The notes beneath the pieces were generated by a model. That model did no database searches, had not been told where the DNA came from, and saw only the letters and a list, made by a program, of their open reading frames with translations. The translations under genes were made by a program, and so were the position numbers. This document shows, piece by piece, positions 9,246 through 18,379 of a stretch of DNA of 41,920 nucleotides; the stretch's first letter is position 1, and every line of letters begins with the position of its first letter. Source of the stretch: a virus (Duplodnaviria; Caudoviricetes); the IMG/VR virus record IMGVR_UViG_3300037043_000200, positions 1 to 41,920 of that record. The stretch is one strand, 5' to 3'.

Positions 9246-9410
9246 TTACTTTTTTTCTTCAACTTCCTCGTAATCGGATTTCGGAACTTTGTACTTCTTC
9301 AGTTCGTCCTCGTCATACGTTTTCCCGGCAGCCAACTTTACGTCGGCACCTTTCTCGCCCGCCTTTTGAATGACCTGCGAGACTTTCAATTTTACCGTTT
9401 TACCTGCCAT
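9246..9410 (-). CDS. Small Lys/Glu-rich protein after the capsid gene (gpFI-position packaging chaperone-like); absent from the ORF track
   Basis: 54 aa, MAGKTVKLKVSQVIQKAGEKGADVKLAAGKTYDEDELKKYKVPKSDYEEVEEKK, with RBS GGAAGAGG. Confidence 0.7.
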   Translation of the reverse strand: MAGKTVKLKVSQVIQKAGEKGADVKLAAGKTYDEDELKKYKVPKSDYEEVEEKK

Positions 9411-9450
9411 GATTGACCTCTTCCATTGATTGATATTCGTTGATTAAATC

Positions 9451-9480
9451 GAGCGCAAGGAAGCGGACTTCCCTGCGCTC
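9451..9480 (-). promoter_or_regulatory. RNA hairpin (UCCG loop) after the major capsid gene
   Basis: GAGCGCAGGGAAG-TCCG-CTTCCTTGCGCTC on the minus strand. Confidence 0.6.
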
Positions 9481-9496
9481 ATGAAAGTTGGATCGA

Positions 9497-11620
9497 TTAC
9501 GCTGCTGCTGTGCGCAGCGCTGCCGATGACGCCTGATTGACGCCTTTGAATCCGATACGTTCGGTGATTCGCACCGCTTCTGCATCACTCTGGAACAAGT
9601 TCACGAGAATGCTGTTGTCGGCCGCCTGGATTACTGCATCCTGGGAGATTGCGATATCCTGCTCACGCTTCACACCCATCAACCGGTGTTTCGGATTGCC
9701 AAAGATCGCGAACCGCGTGCTGACTGCGGATTCGATCTCGCTCAGGACTTCGATTCCGTCGTTGTCGGCGATCGGATATCCCCACAGCATCGCCGGCAGT
9801 TCACCGGACGGTGCGCGATAGATATAATTGCCCTGCAGATCCTTCAGTCCTTCAAGACCGGAAACCGATTCCGGTGACAGGAAGTATGCTGCGCCTCGAC
9901 GGTGACTCTTCCGGACTGCATCGCGCAGTGCGCGATAATCGTCGGCGTTTGCGTTCAAGAATGCTGTCTTACCGGCCACCATTGTTACCACGGTGCCGAC
10001 ATCGTTGATCCATCCGGTGAATCCGCCGTAGGTGGCAGTTCCATCACCAATGAATGCAGCAAGATCTTCCTCTTTCGAGATCGCTTCGGCAAATGAATCG
10101 ATGATCACCGGCAGGAGTGCGATTGCCTGGTCCTCGTTCAATTCATGCGTCCATGCGGCAAGACCGGCGAGTTTGTAGGTGGTCAGAGATCCTGAGGTGA
10201 ATCCCAGATCGCTTAACGTGATACGACCGGCCTGGGCAACCCAGTATGCGGCCGCTTTCGTGGCGATCGATGTGAGTTTCAGTTCGTCGGCGATCATGGG
10301 AATTTGACGGAAATACCGCCGGGCAACTCCCCACTGTTCGACCAGGACAAAGATCTCCGCAAGCAACGGAGCGGGGACTTTTGCAGCACCACCGGCGCCG
10401 GTGGAAAGCGTTGACATCAATCGTTTCTTTTGGAGATTGGAGATCGGCGCGGAAATGATCGTCTGTGCGGCTTCGCGCAATTCATCATCCTTTTGGATCT
10501 GCGACATTTCTTTGTAACTGGTTTCCAACGACGCGAGGATCTGATTTGCCTGTTCCCTGTGTCCTTTTTTCTCGAGGACGAGCGCCTTCATATATTGCAC
10601 CGTCCGGCGTTCCCACGGTTTCGTGGTGTCGCCGAGCAATACAACACCGCCACCGTCGATCCGTTGTTCTTTTCCGGGAATCTTCACCGGAGCCGTGCGG
10701 ACTTTTTCCAGCACGTCGAGCGTGAATTGCTGCACCGACATCTTTTCATCATCGATTGCCTTTTGGGCAAGATCAATGACACCGGGCGTTTCGGCATACC
10801 GTGCCGCGATCGATGCGATCTCTTTTACATCTTCGGCGCGTTTCTTCGCCTTATCAGCGTCGGTTTTGGCCGTCTTGTTCTCGGTCTCCAACGTTGCCAG
10901 CCGCGCTTCGGATTTCTCTACCTGCTCTCGCAGTTTTTTGAGTTCCTCATCCATGATCTGTTGATCCTTTCTTGTGGTTTGTGGATTGAATTGTTGTTTA
11001 ACGAAGTTCCGAATTTCTTCATTGGTTGAGTTTGGCGACATTCCCGCCGCGATCAGTTCGTTCATGATGTTCGGCTGCGATCGGAGCGTCCGGATTGCGG
11101 AATTTTCATCGGCAGGAAGAATGACCGGCGAGACTTCCTTCAAACGGCATTTGGTGACGACCTTCACCGGCCCGGAAAAATTTCTGCCGTTCACATTGGC
11201 GGTTGTATTGGATTCTACCCAAACCGATTCCAGAACATTGTATCCGCTGGATACCCGATTCAAGTGTCCTTCCTTCGCCTGCGTTTCGGCATCTTGCGCT
11301 TTTTGAACACTGGAAAAAAACAGCCGGCAATCCAATGTTTCGATCGATTTCGAAAATTCCCGTGCACTGCCGAGAAGGTTCGTGATGGAAGAATAATTAT
11401 GCGAATCGACCACCGGCACTTGATCGCCTTCCGGCAATTCGACGCCGTTCATCAAGATTATTTCGTCGATAACGTCCCACCGTTCCCAGTCCCACACGCG
11501 TACCTTTGTTTCGGTCAATGCAACGGCTTTCACCGAATGCGTTGTTTCGTCGTATGAGGTCGGGGTTACCGGTACTGCCCGGGTTTCCATCAATAGATCT
11601 TGTAACCGGTTCTTTATCAT
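9497..11620 (-). CDS. Fused prohead protease / scaffold / HK97-fold major capsid protein
   Basis: N-terminal HK97-family protease motifs (VPVVDSHN, VSSGY, LKEVSPVILPAD), a central coiled coil, and C-terminal capsid motifs (YKLAG...ELNED, GDGT, LKDLQGNYIY, LWGYPI, FQSD..AVR..ER.G). Confidence 0.92.
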   Translation of the reverse strand: MIKNRLQDLLMETRAVPVTPTSYDETTHSVKAVALTETKVRVWDWERWDVIDEIILMNGVELPEGDQVPVVDSHNYSSITNLLGSAREFSKSIETLDCRLFFSSVQKAQDAETQAKEGHLNRVSSGYNVLESVWVESNTTANVNGRNFSGPVKVVTKCRLKEVSPVILPADENSAIRTLRSQPNIMNELIAAGMSPNSTNEEIRNFVKQQFNPQTTRKDQQIMDEELKKLREQVEKSEARLATLETENKTAKTDADKAKKRAEDVKEIASIAARYAETPGVIDLAQKAIDDEKMSVQQFTLDVLEKVRTAPVKIPGKEQRIDGGGVVLLGDTTKPWERRTVQYMKALVLEKKGHREQANQILASLETSYKEMSQIQKDDELREAAQTIISAPISNLQKKRLMSTLSTGAGGAAKVPAPLLAEIFVLVEQWGVARRYFRQIPMIADELKLTSIATKAAAYWVAQAGRITLSDLGFTSGSLTTYKLAGLAAWTHELNEDQAIALLPVIIDSFAEAISKEEDLAAFIGDGTATYGGFTGWINDVGTVVTMVAGKTAFLNANADDYRALRDAVRKSHRRGAAYFLSPESVSGLEGLKDLQGNYIYRAPSGELPAMLWGYPIADNDGIEVLSEIESAVSTRFAIFGNPKHRLMGVKREQDIAISQDAVIQAADNSILVNLFQSDAEAVRITERIGFKGVNQASSAALRTAAA

Positions 11621-13236
11621 GCTGCAACTCCGTTTGTTTTTGCTTTGCCATTTGTTGCCGGTGGCACTACCGGATCGAGACCGGTGCTTTGATTCACGGT
11701 CTTACCATACACCGGTTCCGGAACTCCAATTTTTTTCCGCAATCGTGCCGCCGATGCAAAATCCCGATAGATATCTTCCAACCGTCTTCCCTTTTTCGCA
11801 GCAACATCATACGGCGATATGATCTGCGCTTCGAGATCTGACCGGAGTGCGTTTGATTCGTCGACAGGATTGATATAGTCCCAGCAGGGACCGAAAAAGT
11901 AGGGTTTGTTTAACCGGTCGAAATCTTTGTATCGAAATCCCGGTATTGCACCCATCATTAACGCCAGTTCCAGCCACCAGGAGAAAACACGGAGATCTAC
12001 CGCATCGATCATGAGTTCTTGTTCGTGGCGCCAACCGTTGCGTTCAACATCCAATTCTGTGCGAGAACTTGACCATGTTGAATTGTTATAATCACCCGAC
12101 AAAGAGCAATATGCGACGTTCAGACCGGTTGCGATATCGCGCACGGTGACCCGGTTAAAGGGTTCGTGTTGTTCATGCGGATATGTAGGATCCCACTTCT
12201 CAAGTTTTGTGTTTCCGATATATGTGAACGTGAGTTCTTCACCGGAAATAGCAGGACGCTTCGGCGATTGTGTTTCGCCTTGGATGTTTTCCTTCGGAGT
12301 ATTTTCATTTGAATCGCTGTTGAAACTCTCCGCCGGATCTTCCGGATTGACGTCGGACAAGAATCCGAGTTTTCGGGCGGTGAATTTTGCGTTCAATACG
12401 GAAGCGCGATTGTAATCCTTCAACCATGTGAGCATGAGGATAACATTCGCCATTCGAGTATATCCGCGTCCCTGGTTCGAAAAATCCGGATCGAACCAAT
12501 GAATCATTTCCGACGCAGGAATTCTTTCTAATTCTCCCTCCTGCGAAGCGAGTCCCCACATGTCACGCTTCGGGGTATTTTTGCGGACATAATATGCTAC
12601 CGGCTTTCGCCATGCATCATATTCAATACCGCAAATAACAACATTGCCGTTGTTCAGATCGACGGTGTAATTTTCCGGTACCATTTCCGACGGGATGATC
12701 TGAAGACGCAATCCGAATTTTGATGCAGGATCGATTACCCGACGAACGAAACATTCTCCATCCCTGGCCTTATGGCGCGCCATCATCTTCTGCATTGTTG
12801 CGTATGAATGGGATTGCGTTACGGAGCAATGCTGCGGCTTTGACCATTCTGCAAAAAGGTTTTCGATAAGATTGTTTTTTCCATCGTCCGAGACTTCGTT
12901 CACCTCTTTGGAGTCCGGATCCTCCTCGAATATTTTGATATCCGATTGCAGGATGTGACCGCCGGGACCAACGACGTTCGTAACAAATAGATCGACCCAC
13001 CGGCGGGCATACGATGAGTTTTCATACATCTGGCGTGATAGGTTGCGCAGCCGAACTCCGCCGGCGCGGATATCGGCATTGATGGATGCACTCGCTTCGA
13101 CAAAATCTTTCGTCAACCGGTTGATCTGAACCGCTTCAAACGACCGGTGATTCTGCCGTTGCTGCTTTATCATTTTGGCAACATCAGTCCGAGGAATGTA
13201 ACCGAACTTCTTCGCTATGTTTTGACCGATAGCCAT
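11617..13236 (-). CDS. Portal protein, lambda family
   Basis: LRNLSRQMYENS, NVVGPG, RDGECF, GIEYDAW..PVAY, Q.RG, LSGDY...WSS.R, W..INP. Start at ATG 13236 by TAATG coupling. Confidence 0.93.
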   Translation of the reverse strand: MAIGQNIAKKFGYIPRTDVAKMIKQQRQNHRSFEAVQINRLTKDFVEASASINADIRAGGVRLRNLSRQMYENSSYARRWVDLFVTNVVGPGGHILQSDIKIFEEDPDSKEVNEVSDDGKNNLIENLFAEWSKPQHCSVTQSHSYATMQKMMARHKARDGECFVRRVIDPASKFGLRLQIIPSEMVPENYTVDLNNGNVVICGIEYDAWRKPVAYYVRKNTPKRDMWGLASQEGELERIPASEMIHWFDPDFSNQGRGYTRMANVILMLTWLKDYNRASVLNAKFTARKLGFLSDVNPEDPAESFNSDSNENTPKENIQGETQSPKRPAISGEELTFTYIGNTKLEKWDPTYPHEQHEPFNRVTVRDIATGLNVAYCSLSGDYNNSTWSSSRTELDVERNGWRHEQELMIDAVDLRVFSWWLELALMMGAIPGFRYKDFDRLNKPYFFGPCWDYINPVDESNALRSDLEAQIISPYDVAAKKGRRLEDIYRDFASAARLRKKIGVPEPVYGKTVNQSTGLDPVVPPATNGKAKTNGVAA

Positions 13237-13775
13237 TATTGGAAGACCGCCGGTATTGTTTGGAATTTTGTGCCGTTCACTTGGCGCCGATACATGCTCC
13301 GAAGCGCATAGAGGTCTTTGATATCGGTACGCGAATATGAGCGTCCGGCAATTTCGCATGTTTGGATTGCCTGGTCTGTGGCAAATGTCTCGAGCGCAGT
13401 TTCGATCAACGTGATCATCTTTTGCGCATGCGTGCGAATATCCGTTGTGGCAGCAGTTGACAGTTTCGCCAGGATCGTCAGAGCGATCGCACCTTCACCG
13501 ATTGGATAGGTTTCTATTTCGGCGCCAGCGCCTTTTGTGAAGAATTGATACAGCAGATATGAACCTGCAGCCAGGGTATTGTCGGCGGCTTTGAGTGTGA
13601 ACGTCCATACACCGTCGGAATATGTTGCGGTGATCTCTTTGCTCCCTCCCGATCCGGAGATTGTTGCTTTTGCGGACCAACCGGAAGATTGCGGGAAGTC
13701 GGCATCGTCGACCAATTTCCAGATGACGCTTTCACCGGCACGGAATTCTGTTGGGGGTGTGTATGGATATTCCAT
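13236..13775 (-). CDS. Head completion protein (gpW-like C-terminus, Ig-like N-terminus)
   Basis: Directly upstream of the portal. C-terminal ...IETALE...EIAGRSYSR..I..L..LR..Y pattern. Confidence 0.7.
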   Translation of the reverse strand: MEYPYTPPTEFRAGESVIWKLVDDADFPQSSGWSAKATISGSGGSKEITATYSDGVWTFTLKAADNTLAAGSYLLYQFFTKGAGAEIETYPIGEGAIALTILAKLSTAATTDIRTHAQKMITLIETALETFATDQAIQTCEIAGRSYSRTDIKDLYALRSMYRRQVNGTKFQTIPAVFQ

Positions 13776-13788
13776 TTGTTGTGAATTT

Positions 13789-13835
13789 GCTCTCTGGTCT
13801 CCCGCCCACCGGCATGACAGGCGGGAGCAGAGAGC
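13789..13835 (-). promoter_or_regulatory. GC-rich stem-loop in the 5' leader of the head/tail operon
   Basis: GCTCTCTG-gt-CTCCCGCC / GGCGGGAG-CAGAGAGC inverted repeat with a 13-nt loop, 13 nt upstream of ATG 13775. Confidence 0.6.
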
Positions 13836-13869
13836 GTTGGTTCATCACGGGAGGTGACGAATCTTTCAC

Positions 13870-13985
13870 AACAATAATAACATACTTATGTTAGTTTAGA
13901 TACTGCAAAATACTGCAATTTGGGGAAATTATTGAAAGAATAACCAATGAGGATTCTGTAGAAATTCATTGCAATTCTACTGCAC
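13870..13985 (-). promoter_or_regulatory. Putative activator-dependent late promoter with TACTGCA repeats
   Basis: TACTGCA at 13901, 13911 and 13978, plus CATTGCA at 13967. An AT-rich -10-like segment lies downstream on the minus strand. Confidence 0.4.
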
Positions 13986-14136
13986 ATATCACACTTTCTG
14001 TTACCACGAAACAAAGACTCAAACCGTGTGTTTGGATTAAAAAGTCAGTAGAGCACTATGTTTACATTTTTTAATTGGTAGCATTATATAGTGACTTTTT
14101 CATATCTTGAAGGAAGACTAATCTATTAACCTTCAA

Positions 14137-15021
14137 ATGTACACAGTTAAACTTCCGAACTTATTAACAATACGTTATGCAAATTGCATCATCGAAAGAT
14201 GTGAGAATGCAATAAAAACAAAGCAGAAAGACGTTCTTTTCGATTTGACGAATTGTGGATTCGGAGATCCATTTGGTATTGCCCTATTAGTTGGTGCAAT
14301 TAAGGCGTGTCAAGCCAATGGACACAAGGTTTTTTATAGACACTCAAAAAATAATAAACTTGAACAGCACTTTCAAAATATTGGATTCTATGAATGGGGT
14401 GCAGGTACGGGTGGAAAAGGAAAATTTCCCTTGCATACTGCCGAGTTGAGGCATTTTACTGCGTTTGATCCTTCATATGTTGGTTCTGTTATTACGCTGT
14501 TAAAAGGCATGATTAATCTGTCTCAACCTGTGCAAGATTCAATACATTTGAGTATCAATGAAATGATGACAAATGCATTTGATCATAGTAAAACGGTCGC
14601 TGGCTGTTTTATCTGCGCCCAAGCTTTTGTTGCAAGAGGTAATGTTAGCATTTGTATTGCAGATTTAGGCATCGGAATATTGGCAGCATTAACTTCTGTC
14701 GAAAAATATAAATATTTGACAAAATCAGAGGATGCGATTAAATTAGCAACTGAAGAAGGCGTCTCGAGTCGTATCGGCGTTCGTGCTGGTTTGGGATTAC
14801 CTCATATTCATAGATTCTTAAAAAAGAACGAGGGTGAAATTCATATAATTTCTGGCGACGGTTGGGTTCATTGGAATTATAAAAATGGAAATGGTGTTTC
14901 TATTAAAACGAAAAAACTGCGAGTTGCATTTGAAGGAACAATTGTGAATATTATTGCCAGAGCAGACGCAGAAGGTATTTACATAATTCCTACTGGTGAC
15001 CTTGAGGATAATATATTTTGA
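14137..15021 (+). CDS. STAS-like + GHKL (HATPase_c) anti-sigma-type kinase (moron)
   Basis: N-terminal FDLTNCGFGDPFG..LL, N-box EMMTNAFDHS, G1 IADLGIGI, G2 AGLGL, G3 FEGT. AT-rich and on the opposite strand to its neighbours. Confidence 0.85.
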   Translation: MYTVKLPNLLTIRYANCIIERCENAIKTKQKDVLFDLTNCGFGDPFGIALLVGAIKACQANGHKVFYRHSKNNKLEQHFQNIGFYEWGAGTGGKGKFPLHTAELRHFTAFDPSYVGSVITLLKGMINLSQPVQDSIHLSINEMMTNAFDHSKTVAGCFICAQAFVARGNVSICIADLGIGILAALTSVEKYKYLTKSEDAIKLATEEGVSSRIGVRAGLGLPHIHRFLKKNEGEIHIISGDGWVHWNYKNGNGVSIKTKKLRVAFEGTIVNIIARADAEGIYIIPTGDLEDNIF

Positions 15022-15024
15022 AAT

Positions 15025-15351
15025 ATGGAAATAATGATTAACATAATTGATCTTTGCGGAAAAAATGTTGTAACCCGTGATGACGGAAAAAGAGTTCACG
15101 ATTTGATTGCTTCCGAATGGAAGTCAGCCGATAAAATAAAAATTGATTTCGGAAACGTACTAATTGCTTCAGTATCTTTTTTGGATGAAATTTTTGGCAG
15201 GCTCGCATTTGAATATTCTCGAAGCGAACTAACATCAAAGATTGCGATGGAAAATCTTCAAGATTTTGATCGTGCGTTATTAAACGACATTCTCCGATCA
15301 AGATTTCGACAAAAGGAATTAGATACAACACATAAGTCAACAATCAATTAA
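15025..15351 (+). CDS. STAS-like protein (DUF4325-like)
   Basis: TRDDG, IDFGNV..ASVSFLDEIFG.L motif; 3 bp after the kinase gene. Confidence 0.85.
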   Translation: MEIMINIIDLCGKNVVTRDDGKRVHDLIASEWKSADKIKIDFGNVLIASVSFLDEIFGRLAFEYSRSELTSKIAMENLQDFDRALLNDILRSRFRQKELDTTHKSTIN

Positions 15352-15364
15352 CGTTGAAAAGATA

Positions 15365-15407
15365 AAAACAGAAGAAGCCGAGACATTACCTCGGCTTCTT
15401 CTGTTTT
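15365..15407. terminator. Bidirectional intrinsic terminator
   Basis: AAAACAGAAGAAGCCGAG-acattac-CTCGGCTTCTTCTGTTTT between convergent genes. Confidence 0.85.
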
Positions 15408-15469
15408 ATTGCAGGCAGTGCAATACAAATAAATCATCTTCTCCATATCACTATCAGATTGATAGATTC

Positions 15470-15715
15470 TTATAGTTTAATCGAAATCTGCATCCCTTTT
15501 TTGAATTTAATAGCTGGACGACCGTTTTTTGTATGCAGTTCTGTCTCTTTCAATGTTATTTCCGTTCTCTCTTCCATTTTTCCTATCATCCGAATCAATT
15601 CATTGGCGACCCGAGTGATCGATTTCCCGGTTCTGTTAGCAACCGATCGCAAATACTCAGAATTATCCGGATCGAACCATAGGTGTTCTTTTTTTTCGTC
15701 GTATTCGGAAGCCAT
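15470..15715 (-). CDS. Ribbon-helix-helix-like DNA-binding protein
   Basis: HLWFD...EYLRSVANRTGKSITRVANELIR CopG-like pattern; TAATG-coupled to terL. Confidence 0.6.
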   Translation of the reverse strand: MASEYDEKKEHLWFDPDNSEYLRSVANRTGKSITRVANELIRMIGKMEERTEITLKETELHTKNGRPAIKFKKGMQISIKL

Positions 15716-17766
15716 TAGATTCTTATTTTTATTTGATCGATTCTTCTCTTTTTCGGTGGCTGCGTCAGTGATTGCACCGGCTGCTTTGCTTCGTTCGTCT
15801 CGTCAGTTTCGCCTATCGACTCGCTCACTTCGTTCGTTTGCTCGGTGTTGCTTTCTTTCCATTGATGGAATTTAAACTGCAGTGTGTGCGACAATTTCTC
15901 CAGAAATGGATCGATATTCTTACTTCCCCCGGGAACGATCGCATGCAATCCGGCCAGAGCATAATCGGTACAGTCGAGAACTTCATTTCGCTTACCGCTC
16001 GGCAAAGTCCATACTTGGTGGATATGGCCGTTTATTTTCTTCAGTTTGATTTGCTCCGAGGTCAATTGCTCGAAGAAATCCTTATCACACGACATGTTGA
16101 AATGCATCAACTGCGGTGTTGGAATCGATCGTCCGTCGAGATCCTTTTCTTGTTTGACCTTTAATCGATAATAGATCTTTTTCTTTCCCTGAAACGTGTC
16201 GACCAACAAAAGAAAATTCCGTTTCTTCTTCGTGCGTGTTGTTATGACAAAATCTTTTTGCGGTTTGTTCGCACCCTTGATTGCAAAAAACCGGTTTTTC
16301 TTCCGATGCGCAACATACGCATTGACAACGTTTGAATGCTCTCCATCACCGGTATCGACACACACGGCCAGGATTCCGCCGATCTTACCGTATGCAGCCG
16401 GATATCCATTCTCATGATATCGATGCTTCAATATAAACTGATCGAGCATCGTCCACGTTGAATCTTCCTCCGGAGATCCTTTGATCACACCGCGCTCGAT
16501 GAACCATGCTTCTTCTCCCTTCCCCCATCCCCATATAATCGCTTCCAACCGATCATCCTGAACGTCGATACCGACCGTCATGAAGATCACTCCGGCAGGA
16601 ATGTTCTCATACGGTTCCCTCCGCAGCAGGAATTCATCTTCCGTAAACTGGAAGTTCACATCTTCGATATACAATTCGCCAAGTGCCTTATTGACGAACA
16701 CCATATATCGTTCCGGACGTTTTTCGGTCCTCAGAAAGTTCGCTGCAACTTCCTTCCACGGCACCCAGGGAGAATATAACCGGCTGATCTGAAATCCGGC
16801 ATGATCGGTAACCTGCGGACGCATTTTTCGCCACTCACCATGACGAACCATTGCGTGTTTGTGTTTTGGCAGGATATCTTTTTTACATTCGCCACATTCA
16901 TAGGCCACGTAGGTTACTTCATTACCTTTATGGATATACTTTAAGTATCCTTTTCCATATTGAGCGAACATTGACCGGGGACTAAATACCAGGTATTGCA
17001 TTGCTCCACAATATGGACACGGGACAAAATACAATCGTTGATCGCTTTCGTACCACGATTCTTCGATCCTCGACGCACCTTTAATCGTCGGCGTGCTGCT
17101 GAATCCGAACTTCTTGTTCGGAAAATTCTCCGCTCGCTGCATTCCCAATTCGATGGGATCGCCTTCCTTCTCCGCCGACGGCGGATATTCGTCGATTTCG
17201 TCGAACAATACCTCTTCCATCGACCAGGAAGAAAGAGATCCTGGAACATTTGCACCGCCTATTACTAGAACTCCGCCGATGAACGGCTTAAACATGATCT
17301 CATTCTCGTTCGACCGGGACTTTTGATCGGCGAACTTCTCCCGAAGCAACGGATTGTCACGGATCAGCGGTCCAAGACTGATCTTACTCCACTTTTTTCC
17401 TTTTTTGTCCGATGGGAATATGCACAGTATGTTCCCTCCTTCACGATCGACCTTATAATTGATCCGGTTCTCTAATATCGTCGTTTTACCGCAGCGCGAC
17501 GCCCACATGAGCGTGACCTTCCGGATCAATGGATCGTTGAACACGTCCATTGGTTCTTTTTGGTAGTACGCCCGTTCGAGATTATACCTTCCGGGTTCGT
17601 TTGCCGATTCGACGCTTAGAATTCGATGCTCGACGGCGTGTTCGCTTACGAGCATGGGGGGGGGCGGAAGCAGGATCTTGAGTGACGTTTTCATTTCCGT
17701 CAGAAAGTTCCTGTAACCGGGCAAGTTCACGAATTCCGGAGTCGTATATGTCTGTAAAGAGTTCAT
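15715..17766 (-). CDS. terL: Terminase large subunit, lambda GpA family
   Basis: Walker A ASRCGKT, Walker B FDEIDEYP, SSTPT, CPYCG/CGEC, GFQISRLYSPW, GIDVQDDRLE, RNEVLDC. Confidence 0.95.
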   Translation of the reverse strand: MNSLQTYTTPEFVNLPGYRNFLTEMKTSLKILLPPPPMLVSEHAVEHRILSVESANEPGRYNLERAYYQKEPMDVFNDPLIRKVTLMWASRCGKTTILENRINYKVDREGGNILCIFPSDKKGKKWSKISLGPLIRDNPLLREKFADQKSRSNENEIMFKPFIGGVLVIGGANVPGSLSSWSMEEVLFDEIDEYPPSAEKEGDPIELGMQRAENFPNKKFGFSSTPTIKGASRIEESWYESDQRLYFVPCPYCGAMQYLVFSPRSMFAQYGKGYLKYIHKGNEVTYVAYECGECKKDILPKHKHAMVRHGEWRKMRPQVTDHAGFQISRLYSPWVPWKEVAANFLRTEKRPERYMVFVNKALGELYIEDVNFQFTEDEFLLRREPYENIPAGVIFMTVGIDVQDDRLEAIIWGWGKGEEAWFIERGVIKGSPEEDSTWTMLDQFILKHRYHENGYPAAYGKIGGILAVCVDTGDGEHSNVVNAYVAHRKKNRFFAIKGANKPQKDFVITTRTKKKRNFLLLVDTFQGKKKIYYRLKVKQEKDLDGRSIPTPQLMHFNMSCDKDFFEQLTSEQIKLKKINGHIHQVWTLPSGKRNEVLDCTDYALAGLHAIVPGGSKNIDPFLEKLSHTLQFKFHQWKESNTEQTNEVSESIGETDETNEAKQPVQSLTQPPKKRRIDQIKIRI

Positions 17767-18379
17767 CAATATTTTTATTTAGAATCGCTTCTCGTTCGCC
17801 GAATGAATCAATACCATCCAATTGCGGATTTGTGCGCTTTGAAAATAACTTTCGACGCTGTGATATGAGTGAATAGATCTTCTCAAAGACCGGTTTTACC
17901 TTGTCGATCTCCACCAGGCGGCCGGATTCCTTCGCCAAACGCAGTTCCTGCCGGCGTGCCTGGGCTTGCTTCAATTTTGTGGACGCCGAAACTCCGTCCG
18001 TTCCCCCCTGCTGCAGCGTTTTAATCTTTCCGGATAGATATTTTTCGCGCCATTGGACAACGTCGTTCCTTTTATAAAAGCCCGGCATTGCCTGAGGCAT
18101 TCCGAAATCGTTCTTCCACTTTGTGATCGTCCGGACTTCCTGTCCGAACATCTCCGCGGTCTGCTCGAGTGTCAAATATCCCGCCCGAAGGTGGCTAACG
18201 ATCCATACACCTACCTGAACAAGATCGAATTGCTTTTGGCTTCCGGCAATGATAACGGGCATTCCGAACTTGATCCACCGCTGCACCTGGCCGGGTTCAA
18301 CACCAAAAACGGCTTGGAATTGCTGCTGGTTGAGATAACCTTTTTGTTTATTGCCGTCTGGCATGTGGATTGCGCCCAT
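17582..18379 (-). CDS. terS: Terminase small subunit, Nu1-like, with tandem winged HTH
   Basis: Two HTH..W...GMP units, a coiled coil with A...EL.LA...G.LV, and overlap with the terL start. Confidence 0.85.
   Translation of the reverse strand: MGAIHMPDGNKQKGYLNQQQFQAVFGVEPGQVQRWIKFGMPVIIAGSQKQFDLVQVGVWIVSHLRAGYLTLEQTAEMFGQEVRTITKWKNDFGMPQAMPGFYKRNDVVQWREKYLSGKIKTLQQGGTDGVSASTKLKQAQARRQELRLAKESGRLVEIDKVKPVFEKIYSLISQRRKLFSKRTNPQLDGIDSFGEREAILNKNIDELFTDIYDSGIRELARLQELSDGNENVTQDPASAPPHARKRTRRRASNSKRRIGKRTRKV

Noticed and set aside
2569-13236. Apparent excess of GATC/CGATCG in core genes
   Set aside because: I cannot quantify it by eye, and it may just reflect ATC/GAT codon preference. A Markov-corrected k-mer count is needed.
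17656-17664. G9 tract as a phase-variation switch
   Set aside because: It encodes a poly-Pro stretch in an essential dual-coding region, and there is no evidence of length variation without reads.
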